A DNA stretch of 64,000 bases from Deltaproteobacteria bacterium (GTDB taxonomy: Bacteria; Myxococcota_A; UBA9160; SZUA-336). The DNA is taken from assembly GCA_029261925.1 (NCBI GenBank), contig JAJDAJ010000070.1:67613-131612 (forward strand), given 5' to 3'. The translations under genes and the position numbers were made by a program. Of this stretch, positions 1-7,486 are shown one piece after another (the first letter of the stretch is position 1; every line of letters starts with the position of its first letter). A model generated the notes under the pieces. The model searched no databases and was not told the origin of the DNA. It saw nothing but the letters and a program-made list of their open reading frames with translations.

Positions 1-17
1 CAGGCCCGGAGACGCGC

Positions 18-674
18 TCAGCGCAGGCCGGCCAGGTGCACGGGGAGCTGGCTCGCGTCCATGATCGCGCGCCAGCCGCGCGCGCCCCCGCCGGTCACCT
101 CGCGCTCCCAGCGCGAGAGGCGCGCGCGGAACACGCCGGGATCGGCGTTGTCGTGCTGCAGGCGCTTGACGTTCATGGCCACCACGTCGATGCCCTCGAA
201 CTCACCCTGCTCGATGTCCCGGCGCGTGCCCGCGGGCAGGTCCTGCTCGAGGTCGCTGAAGACCAGGATCACCCGGCTGCCCGAGTCGAGCTCGCGCAGG
301 TAGTCGGTGCCGAGCATCATCGCGCCGTGGATGTCGGTGTGCTCCGAGTTCCCCTCGCGCGCGGCGAACGTGTCGAGCCGGCGCGCCAGCGCGAGCTTCT
401 GCGCGTTGGCCCGCGACGGCCGCGCGTCGAGCGTGACCAGGGCCTCGATGTTGTCCTTCTCGTAGCTCTCGCTGTCGATGCGGATCAGCAGCAGCGTGTC
501 GCCGGGCACCATCGCGGGCAGCACGTCGCGCTTGAGGATGGCCGCGACCTCGCCCTTCTGGTCGGCGTAGGTGCCCGACACGTCCACCAGCACGCAGATT
601 GCCTGGTCGTAGCGGCGGCCGTCGGTGCAGCCGAGCAGCAGCCCGGCGACGGCGAGAAGGGTGGCGGCCCTCAC
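18..674 (-). CDS. Putative lipoprotein with VWA-like fold (hypothetical)
   Basis: Same frame as ORF 18..1565. GTG at 672-674 gives 218 aa starting VRAATLLAVAGLLLGC (lipobox LLGC). DVSGT ... IRIDSES ... LVFSDLEQD spacing resembles a VWA/MIDAS fold. The GTG overlaps the stop of the upstream gene (GTGA at 671-674). The upstream part of the 515-aa ORF is Arg/Gly-rich, overlaps gene 671..2128, and is discarded. Confidence 0.6.
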   Translation of the reverse strand: MRAATLLAVAGLLLGCTDGRRYDQAICVLVDVSGTYADQKGEVAAILKRDVLPAMVPGDTLLLIRIDSESYEKDNIEALVTLDARPSRANAQKLALARRLDTFAAREGNSEHTDIHGAMMLGTDYLRELDSGSRVILVFSDLEQDLPAGTRRDIEQGEFEGIDVVAMNVKRLQHDNADPGVFRARLSRWEREVTGGGARGWRAIMDASQLPVHLAGLR

Positions 675-2128
675 AGCCGGCTCTCCCCGGTGACCGCCCC
701 CGCCTCGCGGCGCGCGCCGCGCAGCGGCGGCTCGTCCCAGTCGTTGCGGCTGCGGATCCACGCCTCGAGGCGCAGTGGTACAGCGATGTACACGTCGTAG
801 AGCGAGCAGGTCAGATCGGAGACGTGCGCCGCGACGCGTCCGACGATCCGCGCGGCGTGGCCCGTCACCTGAAGCACGAGAACCCCCGCGGACGCCATCA
901 CGTGGCGGCCGCTGTCGAGCAACATCTCGAGCGGGATGGCCACCATGGCCAGCACCCAGGGCAGCACGAAGCCGAGCACGGCCTGTCCGATCACCGGGAT
1001 GCGCGAGCTGCTGGCCTCGGCCACCACGCGACCGGTCTCGCCGGCCAGGGCGAGCTTGAGCGCGGCGTCGGCCTCCACGATCTGCTCGCGCAGGATCGCG
1101 AGCGACGCCTCCACCGAGGCGAGCACGAAGAGCGCCGCCAGCCCGACCCCGAGGATCAGGCGCCGGCGCGACGAGGCGATGCCGGCGAGCTTCGGGAAGA
1201 GCTCGGTGATGCCCAGGACGTCCATCACGAAGATGCCGACGGCCGCCTCCATCATCACGATCACCAGCGCCGCGAACGTCGATACCGGAACCCCGCCGAT
1301 GCGCGCGCCTGCCGGCACCAGCTCGGACATGGGAAGCGCGATCAGCTGGAAGTTGATGAAGGCCCCACCCAGGGCGATGGCGAGCACGATCACCGAGACC
1401 ACGAAGAGCTTCATCGCGGAGTAGCCCAGGGCCTGCGCCGCACGCTCCTCGTCGTCGCGGATCGCCTGGTAGTCCTCGGCGTAGCCGTCGATGCGCACCG
1501 TGATCTCGAGCGCCTCGGCCACCGCCTCGTGCATGCGCGACATCCAGCCGCGCACCTCCTTCCACGCCCCGGTCATGCGGCCCAGGAGCGTGTGGCGCTT
1601 CGCCGTGGCCTCGCGGTAGGCCGCCAGGGCCTTCTTCTCGCCCTCGCCCGAGGAGCGGCGGATCCCCTCGAGCACCTTGTGCACGTTGGGATCGCTCGAG
1701 GTGGGGATGGTCGCGATCGCCTGCGCGGCGGCGCTCCAGCCCGGCACCTCGGGCGGCGCGTCGCCGCAGTGCTCGTAGTCCTCCTCGAGCTTCTGGAGCA
1801 GGTCGTCCAGGCGCCGGTGCAGCTTCGAGTACTGCCCGAGCTTCGTGGCGAACTTCTGATCGATGCCGTGAAACTCCCGGTCGAGCTTGCGCTGCAGGTC
1901 CAGCGTGCCCGCCGCCAGCAGCACCGCCCGGCTGCGCTCACGCAGGGCGGCCGCGCCGGCCGCGCACCAGCCGGCGGCGGCACCGAGACCCTGGTCGACT
2001 CCCGAGCCGAGGCGGCGCAGCACGTCGAGCATCGGGGCGCGAGCCGCCCAGAGCAGCGCCACGCTCACCAGCCAGAGCAGGCCGAGCGAGAGAACCGGCC
2101 GCTCGGGCCAGAGGTAGATCGATTCCAT
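671..2128 (-). CDS. Hypothetical multi-pass membrane protein with long helical/charged domain
   Basis: 485-aa ORF. N-terminal TM segment (LSLGLLWLVSVALLWAA), about 200 aa of charged helical sequence (QRKLDREFHGIDQKF..LLQKLEEDYE), then 4-5 hydrophobic segments. No family recognised. Translationally coupled to the downstream lipoprotein gene. Confidence 0.6.
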   Translation of the reverse strand: MESIYLWPERPVLSLGLLWLVSVALLWAARAPMLDVLRRLGSGVDQGLGAAAGWCAAGAAALRERSRAVLLAAGTLDLQRKLDREFHGIDQKFATKLGQYSKLHRRLDDLLQKLEEDYEHCGDAPPEVPGWSAAAQAIATIPTSSDPNVHKVLEGIRRSSGEGEKKALAAYREATAKRHTLLGRMTGAWKEVRGWMSRMHEAVAEALEITVRIDGYAEDYQAIRDDEERAAQALGYSAMKLFVVSVIVLAIALGGAFINFQLIALPMSELVPAGARIGGVPVSTFAALVIVMMEAAVGIFVMDVLGITELFPKLAGIASSRRRLILGVGLAALFVLASVEASLAILREQIVEADAALKLALAGETGRVVAEASSSRIPVIGQAVLGFVLPWVLAMVAIPLEMLLDSGRHVMASAGVLVLQVTGHAARIVGRVAAHVSDLTCSLYDVYIAVPLRLEAWIRSRNDWDEPPLRGARREAGAVTGESRL

Positions 2129-2140
2129 GGCTTCACCCCG

Positions 2141-2208
2141 GTCACGCGCCCGGGATCGGGCGGAACGTGGGGAAATGCATCGGCGCGGCCCCGGGATCGG
2201 CGCGTGAC
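2141..2208. promoter_or_regulatory. Repeat motifs in divergent intergenic region (possible operator)
   Basis: CCCGGGATCGG occurs twice (2149-2159 and 2190-2200). It is nested in a 10-bp inverted repeat, GTCACGCGCC (2141-2150) / GGCGCGTGAC (2199-2208). The region lies between divergent genes 671..2128(-) and 2357..3061(+). Confidence 0.2.
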
Positions 2209-2356
2209 CCCAGGCACGGAAGGGCCGGCGCAGGCCCGCAGCAGCACGCCGTGCCGGGTCCCTGGTCAGACTCCCGCAGCGCGGAGCAGGCAGCAGACTC
2301 GGCGCTCGGAGCGACGGGGCTGTTCAGCCCCCGCCCGTTCTGAGACACTGCGGAGC

Positions 2357-3061
2357 ATGCGGAGTCCGCCCCGAGTCCTGCGCATCGTCGCCGTCCTCTG
2401 CGCCGCGCTGCTGGCACCACGCCAGGCGGCGGCGTTCTGGATCGAGCTCTCCAGCAGCGAGTTCGCGCTCGACAACCTGTTCAGCAGCGTCACCAGCTTC
2501 ACGCTGGAGATCGAGGTGGTCGCCCCGCTGCAGCCCGGTGCGTACGAGAACCCGCCGCTGGGCGACATCGAGTTCCGGGTGGTCGGCAGCCTGGACCCGA
2601 GCACGCCCGCCCGCAGCGCGAACTCCGCATTCACGGGCTTCGCCGTGGAGGACCGGGAGGAGCTCTCGGGACAGGCCTTCTACGCGCAGGGCAACGCGCT
2701 GCGCTTCGAGATCGCGAGCGACGCCGAGCTCGCCGACGGGCTCCAGGTATCGGAGCTGGCCGGCAGCGGGATCGTGTTCGAGTTCGACGGCCGCGAGCTG
2801 GGCACGGGCCGCTATCACCCGCCGATCCTCCAGCTGCGGGGCGACGGCAGCGGCTCGATCCGCAATGCGGCGAACACCGGCGGCATCAATCCCTTCACCG
2901 ACGTGGAGGTGAATGCAAGTATCGGCGACGAGTACGACGTGAGCCTCGGCTTCGATCCCGCCAGCTTGACGCTCGTCGAGGCACCCGAGCCGCCTTCCGC
3001 GGCCGTGCTGGCCGCCGCCGTCGCGATGCTGGCGGCGGCGCGACGACGACGACATCGCTGA
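2357..3061 (+). CDS. Secreted protein with PEP-CTERM-like C-terminal anchor
   Basis: ATG at 2357 in the frame of ORF 599..3061 (upstream part is antisense to gene 671..2128). Signal peptide MRSPPRVLRIVAVLCAALLAPRQAAA. C-terminus is VEAPEPPSAAVLAAAVAMLAAARRRRHR: PEP motif, hydrophobic helix, Arg cluster. Confidence 0.65.
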   Translation: MRSPPRVLRIVAVLCAALLAPRQAAAFWIELSSSEFALDNLFSSVTSFTLEIEVVAPLQPGAYENPPLGDIEFRVVGSLDPSTPARSANSAFTGFAVEDREELSGQAFYAQGNALRFEIASDAELADGLQVSELAGSGIVFEFDGRELGTGRYHPPILQLRGDGSGSIRNAANTGGINPFTDVEVNASIGDEYDVSLGFDPASLTLVEAPEPPSAAVLAAAVAMLAAARRRRHR

Positions 3062-3169
3062 CGGCGCCTCGGCGGCGGAACGCTCGATCGGCGCTCCGCG
3101 ACGGACGGCCAGCGGGCTGCTGAACGACCCGCGGTCCGGGCTTCTCGAGCGGACTGCTAGACTCGCGCC

Positions 3170-4486
3170 ATGCGCCGCCTCCTGACCGTCCTGCTCGCGC
3201 TCCTGGCGGCGGCCAGCGCGCCCGCGCCGGGCGCGAGCGCCAGCGACTGTGCCGCGACCTCGGTGGGCTTCACGCCGCTGCTGGACCTGGGAACCGGAAC
3301 CTACCTGGGCTTCGAGGGCGGGCTGTACCCCGGCGGGAGCAGCGTGCCGCCCGCCGCGCACCTCGCGGCCGCGCTGGCCGCGGCCGGCGCCGTCGAGCGG
3401 CTCGACGCCAGCGGCGCGCCCGACCCGGGCGGGCGCTACGTGCTGCTCTCGATCGGCATGTCGAACACCGTGCAGGAGTTCCGACCGTTCGTGGAGCTGG
3501 CCGCGGTGCACCCCGACGTGGATCACGACGGGCTCGTGATCGCGAACGGCGCCCGCGGAGGTCAGAGCGCCCAGCTCTGGGACGCTCCCGACGAGCCGAA
3601 CTACGACCGCGTGCGCGACACGGTGCTGGCCGACCTGGGCGTGACCGAGGCCCAGGTACAGGCCGTGTGGATCAAGCAGGCGCTGCCGGCGCCGACGATC
3701 TCGCTCGCCGACGACCCGCCGAGCTCGGACGCCGTGACGCTGCAGGCGATCCTGGGCGACGTGGTCCGGGCCGTCCGCACCCGTTACCCGAACATCCGCC
3801 TCGCCTTCCTGTCCAGCCGCATCTATGCCGGCTACGCCGACAGCCCCCTGAACCCCGAGCCATTCGCGTACGAGACCGGCTTCTCGGCTCGCTGGCTGAT
3901 CTCGGCGCAGATCGGCCAGCAGGCGGGGCTGGGCATCGACGGGGTCTCCGGAGATCTCGACCCCGCCACGGCCGCGCCGCTGCTCGCCTGGGGCCCCTAC
4001 CTGTGGGCCGACGGGCTGGTCCCGCGCTCGGACGGGCTGGTCTGGATCTGTACGGACCTGGAGAGCGACGGCACCCACCCCTCGACCAGCGGCGAGGAGA
4101 AGGTCGCCGGGCTGCTGCTCGACTTCATGCTGGAATCGCCGCTCGCCCGCCCGTGGTTCCGCGCCGACGGCGGCGCTGGCCTGCTCGACGCCGACTCCGA
4201 CGGCCTCGCCGATGCCGCGGATCTCTGCCCGCTGTATCCCTCGAGCAACGCGGACGCGGACGGCAACGGGATCGGCGACGAGTGCGAGTGCGGCGATCAG
4301 AGCGGCGATGGCCTCGTCAACGTGGCGGACCTGCTCGCCATCAACGCCGCGATCTTCGACCCGACGCTGGTCACGCCGCTCTGCGACACCAACGACGATG
4401 GGGTCTGCGACGTGGGCGACATCCTGGGCGCCAACGCCCGGATCTTCGGGGCAGAGGCATTCTGCTCGCGGCGCCCGGCCCTGTAG
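3170..4486 (+). CDS. Secreted protein: possible SGNH-like hydrolase-fold domain + TSP3/dockerin-like C-terminal module
   Basis: 438-aa ORF with signal peptide MRRLLTVLLALLAAASAPAPGASA. YVLLSIGMSNT sits at a block-I-like position (fold assignment weak). C-terminal DADSDGLADAADLCP...DADGNGIGDECECGDQSGDGLVNVADLLAINAAIF...LCDTNDDGVCDVGDILGANARIFG...CSRRPAL. Confidence 0.8.
   Translation: MRRLLTVLLALLAAASAPAPGASASDCAATSVGFTPLLDLGTGTYLGFEGGLYPGGSSVPPAAHLAAALAAAGAVERLDASGAPDPGGRYVLLSIGMSNTVQEFRPFVELAAVHPDVDHDGLVIANGARGGQSAQLWDAPDEPNYDRVRDTVLADLGVTEAQVQAVWIKQALPAPTISLADDPPSSDAVTLQAILGDVVRAVRTRYPNIRLAFLSSRIYAGYADSPLNPEPFAYETGFSARWLISAQIGQQAGLGIDGVSGDLDPATAAPLLAWGPYLWADGLVPRSDGLVWICTDLESDGTHPSTSGEEKVAGLLLDFMLESPLARPWFRADGGAGLLDADSDGLADAADLCPLYPSSNADADGNGIGDECECGDQSGDGLVNVADLLAINAAIFDPTLVTPLCDTNDDGVCDVGDILGANARIFGAEAFCSRRPAL
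4188..4486 (+). other. TSP3 + dockerin-like Cys-containing C-terminal module (domain, copy 1)
   Basis: See CDS 3170..4486. Duplicated GDxxGDGxVNxxDxL / DxNDDGxCDxxDIL segments follow a DxDxDG...DLCP loop. Confidence 0.7.
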
Positions 4487-4598
4487 GGGCGCCGCCTCGC
4501 AAGCGTGATCGCTCTCACAGCGGCGCAGGCCCACGATCCGATCGAATAGGGGCCCGTTGCCCGGCGGCGACCGTCCGGTGCACGAGGCCGGAGGCCCG

Positions 4599-5993
4599 AT
4601 GGACAGGCAGCGCTCGAATCTCACCGGGGTGCCCCTCGCCCTGCTCGCGGGTCTCGCACTCGCACTGGTGGCCCCGCAGGCACACGCCGCGTGCGGAGAC
4701 GGCCTGGTCCAGGCCGGCGAACAGTGCGACGACGGCAACACGCGAGACACAGACGGCTGCACGGCCAGCTGCGAGACGCAGTCCGGGTACACCTGCGGGG
4801 GCGCGCCGAGCGTGTGCGCGACGAGCGGCCTCAACGTCTACCACATCGGGCACAGCCTGGTGAACGACATGATGCCCGAGATGCTGAGGGACCTGGCGGT
4901 CGATGCGGGCTTCGGACACAGCTACGACAAGCACCGCGTCAGCTCACCTTTCTCGCCGACACTGCGCTTCAAGTGGAACAACCCGACCATCGAGGGCGAC
5001 GGCGACTCGCTGTCGTTCGTCGAGCTCCCGACCGGGAACTACGACGTACTCGTGCTCACCGAGGGCCTGCCGCTCGACGTGGTCGGCGACGAGACCGCGC
5101 TGTACGCGGGCAACTACTACGACATGGCGCTCTCGAGCAACCCGACCGCCCAGGTCTACCTGTACGAGACCTGGTACCGGAACCAGCAGCCCGATCTCGC
5201 GGCGTTCCGCGAGAATACCCTGGCCTGGCGAGCGCAGTGGCAGCAGGTGATCGAGCAGGTGAACGCCGAGCGCGCGGGACCCGACATGCACCTCGTGCCC
5301 GGTGGCGCCGCACTGGTCGCCCTGCTCGATGCGATCGACTCGGAGCCGGACTTCCCTCAGATCGACTCGCTGCTCGATCTGTTCCGCCTGACGCCCCAGG
5401 GTGAGGTGGATCGCATCCACCTCAGCGAGCTGGGTCGCTACTTCATCGCGCTGGTCCATTTCGCGACCCTCTATCGCGAGAGCCCGGTGGGCCTCACGTT
5501 CCAGACAACCGACCGCGACGGCGATCCGTTCGAGGCCCCGAGCCCCGAGCTCGCGCTGCGCATGCAGCAGATCGCCTGGGAGGTCGTGAGCAGCGAGCCG
5601 CTGACGGGCGTCGGCACCGGGCCCGACGGCGACGGGGACGGTGTCGCCGACGCGGTCGACAACTGCCCGGCGGACCCCAACGCCTCGCAGACCGACCGCG
5701 ACGCGGACCTGCTCGGAGACGCCTGCGACCTCTGCCCGGACTTCGCCTCGTCCAACCAGGACACCGACGCCAACGGCATCGGCGACGAGTGCGAGTGCGG
5801 CGATCAGACCGGCGATGGCCGGGTCGACGTCGCGGACATCCTGGCGATCAACGCGGTGATCCTGGGGCAGGCACCGGCCGGCCCGCTGTGCGACGCGAAC
5901 GACGACGGCCTCTGCAACATCGCCGACATCCTGGGCGCGAATGCGAAGATCTTCGGCGCCCCGGCCTTCTGCGCCCGCCATCCCGCCCCCTGA
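4599..5993 (+). CDS. Secreted protein: Myxococcus-type Cys-rich repeat + SGNH-like region + TSP3/dockerin-like C-terminal module
   Basis: ATG 4599 is preceded by GGAGG (4590-4594). The alternative start is TTG 4557. Signal peptide ...LALLAGLALALVAPQAHA. CGDGLVQAGEQCDDGNTRDTDGCTASCETQSGYTCGG matches the TIGR02232-type repeat pattern. C-terminal DGDGDGVADAVDNCP..DRDADLLGDACDLCP..DTDANGIGDECECGDQTGDGRVDVADILAINAVIL..LCDANDDGLCNIADILGANAKIFG..CARHPAP. Confidence 0.8.
   Translation: MDRQRSNLTGVPLALLAGLALALVAPQAHAACGDGLVQAGEQCDDGNTRDTDGCTASCETQSGYTCGGAPSVCATSGLNVYHIGHSLVNDMMPEMLRDLAVDAGFGHSYDKHRVSSPFSPTLRFKWNNPTIEGDGDSLSFVELPTGNYDVLVLTEGLPLDVVGDETALYAGNYYDMALSSNPTAQVYLYETWYRNQQPDLAAFRENTLAWRAQWQQVIEQVNAERAGPDMHLVPGGAALVALLDAIDSEPDFPQIDSLLDLFRLTPQGEVDRIHLSELGRYFIALVHFATLYRESPVGLTFQTTDRDGDPFEAPSPELALRMQQIAWEVVSSEPLTGVGTGPDGDGDGVADAVDNCPADPNASQTDRDADLLGDACDLCPDFASSNQDTDANGIGDECECGDQTGDGRVDVADILAINAVILGQAPAGPLCDANDDGLCNIADILGANAKIFGAPAFCARHPAP
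5622..5993 (+). other. TSP3 + dockerin-like Cys-containing C-terminal module (domain, copy 2, most complete)
   Basis: See CDS 4599..5993. Three TSP3-like loops followed by the double dockerin-like segment. Confidence 0.7.
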
Positions 5994-6052
5994 GGCGACC
6001 CCGGCGCGACCTGCACCCGGTCGTTCTTACACCGCCTTGCAAGTCCGGGAAG

Positions 6053-6103
6053 CCCCGCGCCGCGGGGCCGGTCCCGCACCGTCCCGAAAGTGCTTTCGGG
6101 ACG
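6053..6103 (+). terminator. Two consecutive GC-rich hairpins downstream of CDS 4599..5993
   Basis: Palindrome CCCCGCGCCGCGGGG (6053-6067), then CGTCCCGAAAG-TG-CTTTCGGGACG (6080-6103, 11-nt complementary arms). No T-tract follows, so the intrinsic-terminator role is uncertain. Confidence 0.3.
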
Positions 6104-6200
6104 GGCACCTGGATCGCATCCGGGCCGGCCGTGCAGGCTGGCACAGCAGCTGCAAGGAACCCCTTCAGCTCGCCATCCCGGCGAGAGACAGGAGGGTCCA

Positions 6201-6377
6201 TTGCTTTACTGGTCGATCGTCTTCTTCGTCGTGGCACTGCTCGCCGCCCTGTTCGGGTTCGGCGGCATCGCGGCGGGAGCCGCGGGGATCGCGAAGATCC
6301 TGTTCTTCGTGTTCGTGGTGCTGTTCGTGGTGAGCCTGATCATCGGTGGCCGCACGCGCGCGGCGCCGCCCGTGTGA
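6201..6377 (+). CDS. DUF1328 (YtjA-like) small membrane protein
   Basis: TTG 6201 with GGAGGG at 6191-6196. The 58-aa product [50 protein letters not shown] matches the DUF1328/UPF0391 signature (GFGGIAg.[10 protein letters not shown]). Confidence 0.75.
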   Translation: MLYWSIVFFVVALLAALFGFGGIAAGAAGIAKILFFVFVVLFVVSLIIGGRTRAAPPV

Positions 6378-6388
6378 GGGAGGACACC

Positions 6389-6934
6389 ATGAGTCGTTCC
6401 AGGAATCTACGACACGCAGTCATGGTGCTGGGCGCTCTGGCGCTGGCGATCTCGCCGGCCGTCAGCGCGGCTCCCCCTCCCAGCTCGATCGCGGGGGCGA
6501 TCCCGGGCTGCGCCTGCGACGCCGACCGCGCCCAGCTGCTGGAGCGCTGGGAGAGCATCACCGCTGCGGCCAGCGTGGACGAGGCCCGATCCCTGGCCCT
6601 CGCCGACGTGGAGTCCGCGACCCGCGCACTGAGCCGCGCGCGCTGGTTCGCTCCGTTCAGCGACGATCTCGTGACCGCGCGGGAGCGCCTCGAGCGCTAC
6701 GGCGTTCGCGTCGCCGCCGCCGACAGCTCGCCAGCCGTCGCCGCGGAGTTCGCCAGCCTCGTCAAGCTGCCCCGGTCGGGAGCCCGCGTGCTCGGCGACA
6801 TCGACCTCGATGACGACGTCGACCTGAACATCGATGCCGGCTGCAGCTTCAGCGGCGGGGAGGTCATCGCCATCGTCCTCGGGTTGATCCTGGGGATCAT
6901 TCCCGGCCTCATCCTGCTCATCCTGCTCTGCTAG
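6389..6934 (+). CDS. Hypothetical secreted protein with C-terminal hydrophobic anchor
   Basis: ATG 6389 with GAGGGAGG upstream. Signal peptide LRHAVMVLGALALAISPAVSA. C-terminal EVIAIVLGLILGIIPGLILLILLC. Only 11 nt after the DUF1328 gene. Confidence 0.6.
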   Translation: MSRSRNLRHAVMVLGALALAISPAVSAAPPPSSIAGAIPGCACDADRAQLLERWESITAAASVDEARSLALADVESATRALSRARWFAPFSDDLVTARERLERYGVRVAAADSSPAVAAEFASLVKLPRSGARVLGDIDLDDDVDLNIDAGCSFSGGEVIAIVLGLILGIIPGLILLILLC

Positions 6935-6948
6935 CCGGAGGTCCACCC

Positions 6949-7377
6949 ATGCCCCGTATACGCCAGACCCTGGCGCTCGCCGCCGCCTCCGCGCTCCTGA
7001 GCGGGTGCTTCGGCAGCTTCAACGTCACCCGCAACCTGTACGCGTTCAATGGCTACGTGACCAGCGAGCGCTGGCCCAGGACCGGCGTGTTCATCGCCAT
7101 GAACATCGCACCGGTCTACACGGTCGGCGTGCTCATGGACGTGCTGCTGGCCAACCCGGTCGAGTTCTGGACCGGCGTGAACCCGATCAAGGACTCCGAG
7201 CGCTGGTTCGGCGCCCGGGTCGAGGTCGAGGCGATCGACGCGACCACCCGGCACATCGGTGTGATCGATCCGGACGGCGTCGCACACCGCTTCGTGGCCG
7301 AGCGCGGCCCGGACGGCATCCGCGTCGTGACCGACTCGGGCGCTCTGGTGGCCCGCCTGCCCGCCCCGGCGGACTGA
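6949..7377 (+). CDS. DUF3332-like lipoprotein
   Basis: 142-aa ORF with lipobox LLSGC. GSFNVTRNLYAFN...IAPVYTVGVLMDVLLANPVEFWTGVNPI matches the DUF3332 pattern as I remember it. Confidence 0.7.
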   Translation: MPRIRQTLALAAASALLSGCFGSFNVTRNLYAFNGYVTSERWPRTGVFIAMNIAPVYTVGVLMDVLLANPVEFWTGVNPIKDSERWFGARVEVEAIDATTRHIGVIDPDGVAHRFVAERGPDGIRVVTDSGALVARLPAPAD

Positions 7378-7486
7378 TCCCGGCGCACTGCGGCGGAGCC
7401 CGCGGAAGCGGGCCCTGCCGCAGCGCATCCGGCGCGATCAAGACCGCCTCCCGGCCGGCCGATGCATCGGCCAGCCGGGAGGCTCC

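Noticed and set aside
599-2356. N-terminal 586 codons of the 820-aa plus-strand ORF 599..3061
   Set aside because: It overlaps the membrane-protein gene 671..2128 on the opposite strand and is Arg/His/Gly-rich. Only the last 234 codons (from ATG 2357, with signal peptide) look like a real gene.
2324-4834. 836-aa minus-strand ORF, the longest in this region
   Set aside because: It is antisense to two well-supported secreted-protein genes (2357-3061, 3170-4486) and part of a third. Its composition is dominated by Arg/Ala/Gly/Pro with no motifs. This is a typical stop-codon-poor antisense frame of GC-rich DNA.
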